Origin: Planktothrix sp. GU0601_MAG3
GTDB taxonomy: Bacteria; Cyanobacteriota; Cyanobacteriia; Cyanobacteriales; Microcoleaceae
Assembly: GCA_035193785.1 (NCBI GenBank)
Contig: CP136572.1
Span: 2,420,578-2,484,577 of the forward strand
Direction: 5' to 3'
DNA length: 64,000 nt
The notes beneath the pieces are model-generated. The model was not told the origin of the DNA. It did no database searches and saw nothing but the letters and a program-made list of their open reading frames with translations. A program made the position numbers and the translations under genes. Shown piece after piece: positions 10,191-20,800 of the stretch (position 1 is its first letter; the number at the start of each line of letters is the position of its first letter).

Positions 10191-11366
10191 CAGAGATAGT
10201 TGAACATACTCTTGTTTGACTGTATTCACCGAGTTCAGGGGTGTGCCAAGCACCCCATCAGTTAAACCGGATGAATCCATTACAGAAGCATCTCTCTGTA
10301 GGTCTAACTGACAAGAAAAACCGTCCCATTGAGCTAGGTTTTTCGCAGCATTCAAATCAGAGTTATGGTAGTGACCATAAGAGCAATTAAAATCATGTCG
10401 ATTTCTTTTGCCAATAACACCACAAGTTGAGCAAGACTTAGAAGTATATGGCGCAGGTCTTCTAATTAACTTCAATCCTTTAAGAGCTAACTTATAATTA
10501 AGTTTTTGTTCCAAAGAATAATAAGACCAATTATGCCGAGATTGACCAGAATCAGAACGAGATTTCTTGCTCTGTTTCATAGTTTTACGACAACCTTCCA
10601 AATCCTCAATCACAACATCAGCGTTGTGGTATTCGGCAAAACGAACAATTCGACGACTGACAGTATGGTTAATTGCATCCATCCATCGTCGTTCTTTTTT
10701 GTCCCATTTCTTTAAAGCTCGAAACTTTTTAGCTTCTTGAAGTTGTTTTCTTCGTTGTTGAAAATAACGTCTCCGATGCTTAACGCTTTGACCATTAAAG
10801 AACTTACCAAAACCTTCTTTTGGTGCAACTACCGCTAAATTATTCTGCCCTCGGTCACACCCTAATGTTTTCTCTGTCTTAACTTCTGGAACATCCTCAG
10901 TGATTGACAGATAGACATACCACTTATTTCTATGTTTAATTAACTTAAAAGATCCCCCTTGAATTGTTCCCTCTAGTAATCCATCTAAAATAGGTTGCCA
11001 GTGAGCGGATGTAACTTCAATGGGGATTCTTTTTTCACCTTTTAGAGTCGGGAAACTAATTGAATAAGTATTTCCTTTTTGAGTTAACTTCCAGTTTTGG
11101 TTATTAACTTCTACAGGAAGAACTTTGTATTGTTTAGTTTTACGACCCGTGGGGGATGTGGTATGTCGGATTACTTGGTTAACAAGGGCAGATTTTAACT
11201 CGGACATAATTTTAGCTGTCGTCATTTTACGCCGTTCTTTAATCGGAAATGACAACAGATTATTGGCAATCCGTGTGTTTTCTTCCGTCATTTGCTCAAA
11301 CATCTGAGCTTTACAACGGTTGAGATTCACGAATTTCAATTTAATCGTCCGAGTTATTTCTGTCAT
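10176..11366 (-). CDS. tnpB: TnpB RNA-guided endonuclease, 5' exon (last 4 residues VRFV are intron-derived; the spliced product would be 403 aa)
   Basis: RuvC-I LGCDRG, RuvC-II VVIEDL, zinc finger TSKSCSTCG..FNC, RuvC-III SDLNAAKNL. Confidence 0.92.
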   Translation of the reverse strand: MTEITRTIKLKFVNLNRCKAQMFEQMTEENTRIANNLLSFPIKERRKMTTAKIMSELKSALVNQVIRHTTSPTGRKTKQYKVLPVEVNNQNWKLTQKGNTYSISFPTLKGEKRIPIEVTSAHWQPILDGLLEGTIQGGSFKLIKHRNKWYVYLSITEDVPEVKTEKTLGCDRGQNNLAVVAPKEGFGKFFNGQSVKHRRRYFQQRRKQLQEAKKFRALKKWDKKERRWMDAINHTVSRRIVRFAEYHNADVVIEDLEGCRKTMKQSKKSRSDSGQSRHNWSYYSLEQKLNYKLALKGLKLIRRPAPYTSKSCSTCGVIGKRNRHDFNCSYGHYHNSDLNAAKNLAQWDGFSCQLDLQRDASVMDSSGLTDGVLGTPLNSVNTVKQEYVQLSLVRFV

Positions 11367-11373
11367 GTTAACA

Positions 11374-11502
11374 TTGAGAAAAGAATTTCCCCATTTACTT
11401 AAACTGCCTTCTTTGTGGAGTCGGAGCTATTATTGTGGGACGGCTGGCTCTGTTTCTAGTGAAACTATCAAGAAATATATTGCAAACCAAAACTCTCATT
11501 AA
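11374..11502 (+). pseudogene. tnpA: 3' remnant of the IS200-type Y1 transposase
   Basis: LRKEFPHL..LPSLWSRSYYCGTAG.VS.ETIKKYIANQ is the TnpA C-terminus with the catalytic Tyr; the HUH half is missing; divergent from tnpB. Confidence 0.88.
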
Positions 11503-11628
11503 CCTTCACTCCGCCTAAAGGCGGGTATTCTACATCCTACGCTTGAAAGACGTGGGCTTTGAATACGGTTATGGTAATGGCTACAACACGGGCAATATAT
11601 TGGGTTCGGTGAACCTACAAACTCAAGT

Positions 11629-11814
11629 TTATCGGCTCACCGAACTTAGAATTCCAGTCGCAATAGACAGAAATAGCAAAATCCAGATCACATAACCCGG
11701 GATAAACGCTAAAACAGACAGACCTCTAAGCGTCCATAACAATAGCAGTAGGCCGGTTATGGACGCAAACAGGTAGGAAAAAATTAACTTTTGAGAATCA
11801 GGGGGTCGAGTCAC
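11629..11814 (-). CDS. Small two-TM hypothetical membrane protein
   Basis: 61-aa hydrophobic ORF filling the gap downstream of the giant gene. Confidence 0.5.
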   Translation of the reverse strand: MTRPPDSQKLIFSYLFASITGLLLLLWTLRGLSVLAFIPGYVIWILLFLSIATGILSSVSR

Positions 11815-11849
11815 AAATAGTACAGACTTGAAGAAGCTACGGATCTAGC

Positions 11850-14800
11850 TTAACCTAAGACCTGGAAGCTATTAGAAGTAATTAAATTAGCCTGCACACC
11901 CGCTAGACGCATTAGGGGCTGATCTCCGAGATTAATTAAGGTGGAAGTTCCCTCTTGGATAATAGTCAGTTGGTTGAGTGTTAAACCATTCGCCAAGGCC
12001 AAGAAATCTTCTCCTACTCGGAAATCCGTGATCTGGTCGAAACCCAGTATCAGCACCGATAACAAAACGATCTTTACCCGTACCTCCGGTGATCAAATCA
12101 TCACCGAGATCCCCAAATAACCAATCATCCCCGGCCCCACCGTTCAAAGTGTCGTTTTGTTGTCCACTGTAGAGGGTATCATTGTCATCACCGCCACAGA
12201 GTAGATTTTCTCCCTCGTTCGCCAAGAGCAGATCATTTCCTGCACCGCCACTGAGTTGATCTCGGTCGGAACTATTCCCCACCATATTCTCACCTCCGAC
12301 ACCGCCATAGATCGTGTCATCCCCATCGCCACCGCAGAGGATATCCGTGCCTTGGTCACCAAACAGGAGATCGTTTCCAGCATCTCCATAGAGGACATCA
12401 TCCTGTTCACCGCCATAAACCGTATCGCTACCCTCGCCCCCCATCAGGGTGTCGTTATTGCGGTTGCCATAGATAGCATCATCTCCGGCTCCGCCCCAGA
12501 GTAGATCGGGGCCATCTTCTTCGTTATTGAGATGATCGGTTTCGCCATCAATATTCAGGTTGTCACCAAAGAGGGTGTCATTGCCTTCATCCCCATAAAT
12601 GGTATCCGCCCCCAACTCCCCTCGCAGTAAGTCGTCTCCTTGACCACCAAAGATAAAATCACTACCCGTACCACCATAGGCCGTATCGTTGCCGATGCCT
12701 CCGTGCAGTAAATCCTCTCCGGTGTAGCCATAGAGGAAGTCCTGTTCCTGGGCCGCGATCGCAGAACTATCACTGGGACTACCAATTAAGGTATCGTTGC
12801 CATGGTCGCCATAGAGGCTATCGTTGCCATGGTCTCCAAATATCAGGTCATCATTCTGACCGCCATATCCAATATCGTTGCCGTCTCCCCCCAGCAGGGT
12901 ATCGTTGTTTTCGTTACCCGAGAGAAAATCATCTCCAGTGTCCCCCAGGAGTAAATCCCGCCCTTCTAAGTCCTGGGTAAGCGCAGGATCATCAATTCCG
13001 GCTAAGAGGGTATCATTCCCTTCCTGACCTTGCAGGGTATCGTTGCCATAACTACCCCTGATCAGATCATCACCGAGTTCTCCTTCAACCCAATCATTAC
13101 CGGATAAGGCATTAACGGTATCATTCCCTTCACCTGCATAGACGTTTTCATTCCCCGTAAAGGCGGTAATCCAATCATCTCCACCAAAGGCAAAGATACT
13201 TTGATCCAGAAACCGTTCCCGTCAGAGTGTCGTTATCCTCTGTACTGTTCAGGGTATTTGAGGTGGGGTTAGGAGAAATTAAACCCAGTACAGGAGGTTC
13301 AGGAAATACCACTTCCAGAAGTTCAGGAGCCGGGAGACAAATACCACACTCCCGGTTTACTGGGGGTAAGGGTGTTGAGGTGGGCGCGGGAGTGGGTATG
13401 GGAGTGGGTACGGGTGTGGGTACGGGTGTGGGACTGGGTATCGGTTCCGGGGTGGGGGTTGGAACCGGGACAGGTGTGGGAATCGGTGTGGGACTGGGTG
13501 TTACCGATGGTGCAGCAACTACAGAAATGGTGATGGTTGCCAGATTGGAAGTTGCACCAAAACTATCGGTTGCTTGATAATTCAGAACAAAGGAACCCGT
13601 AAAGTTAGGATTGGGCGTGAATGTTAGGGTTTGAGCTTGTTCCGGGGTAAGTCCGGCAACTTGACCGACATCGGTAATTGGGGTTTGATTTAAGAATAAT
13701 GTTCCTTGTTCTGGGGTTGGTAAACTGGTGAGACTATAGCTAACAATGCTTCCGGTTAAGTCTGTTGCAATTAGATCAGGCAATTGCACCGAATCAGAAG
13801 TATTAACAATTCCTGAAAGGTCGAGATTTTCAGCAACGGGGGGCTGATTGGGTACGGGTTCAAAGTTTAGGTTTACGGTTGTCCCGGTCGATATGGCTCC
13901 TTTATCATCCGTGACAGTGAAACTAAAGCCACCGCCATCGAAGTTACCCGTAGATTGAAATTGCAGTTGAGAGGCTTCTTCTGGGGTCAAAACCTGATTG
14001 GCTGTTACAGGTTGACCATTGAGGAGCAGTATCCCATCGGCCGGATCGGGTAGTTGAGTTATCGTAAAACTAGCGATTGTACCATCCGTATCTGTTCCTG
14101 AAAGCGGAGGCAGGTTGACGGTACTATTGGGTTGTACGGACAGAGCCAAATCGTTGGTAACTGGAGGCAAATTCACATCCAGGGGAACTAAAGATACCGT
14201 AGCTGCTGTCGGAGAAATCAATCCTTCGTTATCAATGGTTTTGTAGGCAAAAACAACCTTGTTTGAAGAACCCGTGGATTGAAATTGCAGTTGCGCTGCT
14301 TCTTCGGGGGTGAGGATTTGATTCAGTTCGACAGGTTTTCCATTTAACAGCAGTACACCATCGGCCGGATTAGGTAGTTGAGTGATCGTAAAATTAGCGA
14401 TCGTACCATCAGGATCAGTCCCCGATAACGGGGGAATGAAGGATGTGCTATTGGGCAAGAAGGGAACGTTCAGGTTATTGGCGGTAGGAGGTTGGTTAAC
14501 ATCCACTAGGACTAAATCTACTATTGCCGCCTGCGCCGAAACCGTCCCTTGATTATCCGTCGCGGTGTAACTAAAGCTACCGCCGTCAAAGTTGCCTGTG
14601 GCTTGAAATTGGAGTTGAGCAGCCTGTTCGGGTGTAACAGTTTGATTCAGGGCTACCGGGTTTCCATTCAGTAATAACACCCCATCCGTCTGATCAGGTA
14701 AAGATGTAATCGTATAATTAGCGACGGTTCCATCGGCATCCGTACCAGATAAAGTAGGTATATTTATGGTACTATTCGGAACAACCAGAGTATTTAAGTT

Positions 14801-17800
14801 ATTGGGAATCGGAGGTTGATTAACCGGAGGTTCAATTAAACCAATTGTTCCGGCTCCCGCAGAAGTCAAGCCTTGATTGTCCGTGACTGTGTAACTAAAG
14901 CCACCACCATTAAAACTACCTGTAGATTGAAATTGCAGGCGAGAGGCTTGTTCGGGGGTTAAAACCTGATTCGCTGTCACAGGTTGACCATCCAGGAGCA
15001 GCACCCCATCAGCTATATCCGGTAAGCTAGTAATCGTAAAACTGACTACCGTACCATCGGGATCAGTACCCGATAAGCTGATAGGAACATTAGCATTAGG
15101 GGTGACAGAAACGTTCAGGTTATTCGCCACAGGCGGTTGATTGACCACAGGCGAAATTAAGTCAACAACGGCAGGGCTTGGGGAAATTAAGCCTTGATTA
15201 TCCGTAACCGTATAGGTAAAACTACCACCATTAAAGTTTCCTGTGGCTTGGAATTGCAGTTGAGCGGCTTCTTCAGGCGTTAAAACCTGATTAACCTGCA
15301 CAGGTTGACCATTGAGCAACAATACCCCATCGGCCACATCAGGTAAGCTACTGATGGTGATAGTCGCTACCGTGCCATCAGGATCTTGTCCAGACAGGGG
15401 AACTACTGTCGTACTATTCGGAGTTAAAACAAGGTTAATATTGTTTGCATTCGGAGGTTGGTTCGCCACAGTCGGCTGAATCAAAGTTACCGTTGCCGGG
15501 GTGGAGTCAGTGGCACCTTGATTATCCGTGACCGTATAATCAAAACTACCACCATTAAAGGTTCCTATGGCTTGGAATTGTAGTTGAGTTGCTTCTTGAG
15601 GCGTTAAAACCTGATTCACCTGCACGGGTTGACCGTTGAGCAACAATATTCCATCAGTTACATCCGGTAAGCTGGTGATGGTAAAACTGGCAATACTACC
15701 ATCGGGGTCAGTTCCCGATAGTGAGAGTGGAATCTTACTATTCGGTAAAACCGCAGCATTCAGGTTGTCTGCTACCGGAGAAATATTATCTGGCTCCGGC
15801 GTGGGTACGGGTGTTGGCTCCGGTGTTGGTACGGGTGTTGGCTCCGGTGTGGGCACGGGTGTTGGTTCAACTGTTGGTGTCGGAGTCGGAGTCGGAGTCG
15901 GACTTGGTGTCGGACCTGGTGTCGGACTTGGTGTCGGACTTGGTGTCGGACTTGGTGTCGGACTTGGTGTTGGAGTCGGACTTGGTGTTGGAGTCGGACT
16001 TGGTGTTGGAGTCGGACTTGGTGTTGGAGTCGGACTTGGTGTTGGAGTCGGACTTGGTGTTGGAGTCGGACTTGGTGTTGGAGTCGGACTTGGTGTTGGA
16101 CTTGGTGTTGGACTTGGTGTTGGACTTGGTGTCGGACTTGGTGTTGGACTTGGTGTTGGACTTGGTGTTGGAGTCGGACTTGGTGTTGGACTTGGTGTCG
16201 GACTTGGTGTTGGAGTCGGACTTGGTGTTGGAGTCGGACTTGGTGTTGGAGTCGGACTTGGTGTTGGAGTCGGACTTGGTGTTGGACTTGGTGTTGGACT
16301 TGGTGTTGGACTTGGAGTCGGACTTGGTGTTGGACTTGGTGTTGGACTTGGTGTTGGACTTGGTGTTGGACTTGGTGTTGGAGTCGGACTTGGTGTTGGA
16401 CTTGGTGTTGGACTTGGAGTCGGACTTGGTGTCGGACTTGGTGTTGGACTTGGTGTTGGACTTGGTGTCGGACTTGGTGTTGGACTTGGTGTTGGACTTG
16501 GTGTTGGAGTCGGACTTGGTGTTGGACTTGGTGTTGGTGTTGGACTTGGTGTTGGAGTCGGACTTGGTGTTGGAGTCGGACTTGGTGTCGGTGTTGGAGT
16601 CGGACTTGGTGTTGGAGTCGGACTTGGTGTCGGTGTTGGAGTCGGACTTGGTGTTGGAGTCGGACTTGGTGTCGGTGTTGGAGTCGGACTTGGTGTCGGT
16701 GTTGGACTTGGTGTTGGAGTCGGACTTGGTGTTGGAGTCGGACTTGGTGTTGGAGTCGGACTTGGTGTTGGAGTCGGACTTGGTGTTGGACTTGGTGTGA
16801 CATTGATGGTTATGGTATTGGGTGATAGGTCAAGGTTGACACCACCATTGGCTATCCCACCATCATCTTGAACTTGGAAGGTAAAGTTGGCGTAGTTATT
16901 CCCGTTATCGTTGGGGGCGGGGGTAAATTTCAGCTTTCCACTGGTAATGTCACTGACTGTGACCAAACTCTCTGCGGTGACGGCGTTACCGTTTAAGGTC
17001 AGGCTGCCGGTGGCTGGGAGGGTGGTAATTTTGACTTGAGTAAAGTTATCGCCATCGAGAATATCGCTGAAACCAAAGTCATTGACGGTGAAGGTATAAT
17101 CTATGTCCTCATTGGTGCTGACGGTTTTGTCGGCTCCTGATGGGGCGTCGTTAACCGGAGTCACATTGATGGTTATGGTATTGGGTGATAGGTCAAGGTT
17201 GACACCACCATTGGCTATCCCACCATCATCTTGAACTTGGAAGGTAAAGTTGGCGTAGTTATTCCCGTTATCGTTGGGGGCGGGGGTAAATTTCAGCTTT
17301 CCACTGGTAATGTCACTGACTGTGACCAAACTCTCTGCGGTGACGGCGTTACCGTTTAAGGTCAGGCTGCCGGTGGCTGGGAGGGTGGTAATTTTGACTT
17401 GAGTAAAGTTATCGCCATCGAGAATATCGCTGAAACCAAAGTCATTGACGGTGAAGGTATAATCTATGTCCTCATTGGTGCTGACGGTTTTGTCGGCTCC
17501 TGATGGGTCGTCGTTAACCGGAGTCACATTGATGGTTATGGTATTGGGTGATAGGTCAAGGTTGACACCACCATTGGCTATCCCACCATCATCTTGAAAC
17601 TTGGAAGGTAAAGTTGGCGTAGTTATTCCCGTTATCGTTGGGGGCGGGGGTAAATTTTAGCTTTCCACTGGTAATGTCACTGACTGTGACCAAATTCCCG
17701 GCGGTGACGGCGTTACCGTTTAAGGTCAGGCTGCCGGTGGCTGGGAGGGTGGTAATTTTGACTTGAGTAAAGTTATTGCCATCAAGAATATCGCTGAAAC

Positions 17801-20800
17801 CAAAGTCATTGACGGTGAAGGTATAATCTATGTCTTCATTGGTGCTGACGGTTTTGTCGGCTCCTGATGGGGCGTCGTTAACCGGAGTCACATCGATGGT
17901 TATGGTATTGGCTACGGGGTCAAGGTTGACACCACCATTGGCTATCCCACCATCATCTTGAACTTGGAAGGTAAAGTTGGCGTAGTTATTCCCGTTATCG
18001 TGGAGGGCGGGGGTAAATTTCAGCTTTCCAGTTGTAATGTCATTTAGCGTGGCAAAATCACCGGCGGTGACGGCGTTACCGTTTAAGGTCAGGCTGCCGG
18101 TGGCTGGGAGGGTGGTAATTTTGACTTGAGTAAAGTTATTGCCATCGAGAATATCGCTGAAACCAAAGTCATTGACGGTGAAGGTATAATCTATGTCCTC
18201 ATTGGTGCTGACGGTTTTGTCGGCTCCTGATGGGGCATCATTAACCGGAGTCACATCGATGGTTATGGTATTGGCTACGGGGTCAAGGTTGACACCACCA
18301 TTGGCTATCCCACCATCATCTTGAACTTGGAAGGTAAAGTTGGCGTAGTTATTCCCGTTATCGTGGAGGGCGGGGGTAAATTTTAGCTTTCCACTGGTAA
18401 TGTCACTGACTGTGACCAAACTCTCTGCGGTGACGGCGTTACCGTTTAAGGTCAGGCTGCCGGTGGCTGGGAGGGTGGTAATTTTGACTTGAGCGAAGTT
18501 ATCGCCATCGAGAATATCGCTGAAACCAAAGTCATTGACGGTGAAGGTATAATCTATGTCCTCATTGGTGCTGACGGTTTTGTCGGCTCCTGATGGGGCA
18601 TCATTAACCGGAGTCACATCGATGGTTATGGTATTGGCTACGGGGTCAAGGTTGACACCACCATTGGCTATCCCACCATCATCTTGAACTTGGAAGGTAA
18701 AGTTGGCGTAGTTATTCCCGTTATCGTGGAGGGCGGGGGTAAATTTCAGCTTTCCACTGGTAATGTCACTGACTGTGACCAAATTCCCGGCGGTGACGGC
18801 GTTACCGTTTAAGGTCAGGCTGCCGGTGGCTGGGAGGGTGGTAATTTTGACTTGAGTAAAGTTATTGCCATCAAGAATATCGCTGAAACCAAAGTCATTG
18901 ACGGTGAAGGTATAATCTATGTCTTCATTGGTGCTGACGGTTTTGTCGGCTCCTGATGGGGCGTCGTTAACCGGAGTCACATCGATGGTTATGGTATTGG
19001 CTACGGGGTCAAGGTTGACACCACCATTGGCTATCCCACCATCATCTTGAACTTGGAAGGTAAAGTTGGCGTAGTTATTCCCGTTATCGTTGGGGGCGGG
19101 GGTAAATTTCAGCTTTCCACTGGTAATGTCACTGACTGTGACCAAACTCTCTGCGGTGACGGCGTTACCGTTTAAGGTCAGGCTGCCGGTGGCTGGGAGG
19201 GTGGTAATTTTGACTTGAGTAAAGTTATCGCCATCGAGAATATCGCTGAAACCAAAGTCATTGACGGTGAAGGTATAATCTATGTCCTCATTGGTGCTGA
19301 CGGTTTTGTCGGCTCCTGATGGGTCGTCGTTAACCGGAGTCACATTGATGGTTATGGTATTGGGTGATAGGTCAAGGTTGACACCACCATTGGCTATCCC
19401 ACCATCATCTTGAACTTGGAAGGTAAAGTTGGCGTAGTTATTCCCGTTATCGTTGGGGGCGGGGGTAAATTTTAGCTTTCCACTGGTAATGTCACTGACT
19501 GTGACCAAATTCCCGGCGGTGACGGCGTTACCGTTTAAGGTCAGGCTGCCGGTGGCTGGGAGGGTGGTAATTTTGACTTGAGTAAAGTTATTGCCATCAA
19601 GAATATCGCTGAAACCAAAGTCATTGACGGTGAAGGTATAATCTATGTCTTCATTGGTGCTGACGGTTTTGTCGGCTCCTGATGGGGCGTCGTTAACCGG
19701 AGTCACATCGATGGTTATGGTATTGGCTACGGGGTCAAGGTTGACACCACCATTGGCTATCCCACCATCATCTTGAACTTGGAAGGTAAAGTTGGCGTAG
19801 TTATTCCCGTTATCGTGGAGGGCGGGGGTAAATTTCAGCTTTCCAGTTGTAATGTCATTTAGCGTGGCAAAATCACCGGCGGTGACGGCGTTACCGTTTA
19901 AGGTCAGGCTGCCGGTGGCTGGGAGGGTGGTAATTTTGACTTGAGTAAAGTTATTGCCATCGAGAATATCGCTGAAACCAAAGTCATTGACGGTGAAGGT
20001 ATAATCTATGTCCTCATTGGTGCTGACGGTTTTGTCGGCTCCTGATGGGGCATCATTAACCGGAGTCACATCGATGGTTATGGTATTGGCTACGGGGTCA
20101 AGGTTGACACCACCATTGGCTATCCCACCATCATCTTGAACTTGGAAGGTAAAGTTGGCGTAGTTATTCCCGTTATCGTGGAGGGCGGGGGTAAATTTTA
20201 GCTTTCCACTGGTAATGTCACTGACTGTGACCAAACTCTCTGCGGTGACGGCGTTACCGTTTAAGGTCAGGCTGCCGGTGGCTGGGAGGGTGGTAATTTT
20301 GACTTGAGCGAAGTTATCGCCATCGAGAATATCGCTGAAACCAAAGTCATTGACGGTGAAGGTATAATCTATGTCCTCATTGGTGCTGACGGTTTTGTCG
20401 GCTCCTGATGGGGCATCATTAACCGGAGTCACATCGATGGTTATGGTATTGGCTACGGGGTCAAGGTTGACACCACCATTGGCTATCCCACCATCATCTT
20501 GAACTTGGAAGGTAAAGTTGGCGTAGTTATTCCCGTTATCGTTGGGGGCGGGGGTAAATTTTAGCTTTCCACTGGTAATGTCACTGACTGTGACCAAATT
20601 CCCGGCGGTGACGGCGTTACCGTTTAAGGTCAGGCTGCCGGTGGCTGGGAGGGTGGTAATTTTGACTTGAGTAAAGTTATCGCCATCGAGAATATCGCTG
20701 AAACCAAAGTCATTGACGGTGAAGGTATAATCTATGTCTTCATTGGTGCTGACGGTTTTGTCGGCTCCTGATGGGGCGTCGTTAACCGGAGTCACATCGA

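Larger units (their letters stand above)
7686..11573 (-). mobile_element. Non-autonomous IS200/IS605-family element (IS608-like ends) carrying tnpB, a tnpA remnant and a nested group II intron
   Basis: Minus-strand left end TTAC|CATAACCGTATTC-AAAG-hairpin; right end GAAT-CCCACCCCT..AGGGGTGGG-AGTG-TCAA|. These are the same cleavage and guide tetranucleotides as IS608 (TTAC/AAAG, GAAT/TCAA). Confidence 0.88.

Noticed and set aside
10176..11366. TnpB as a Cas12f-like CRISPR effector
   Set aside because: No adjacent array; flanked by IS200/IS605 ends and a tnpA remnant; the only CRISPR repeats are 48 kb away and type I-D
15636..16871. Long alternative-frame ORFs (poly-GLGV, SDLVL and QHQVRL repeats)
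   Set aside because: Shadows of the stop-free Pro/Thr/Ser repeat in the adhesin gene
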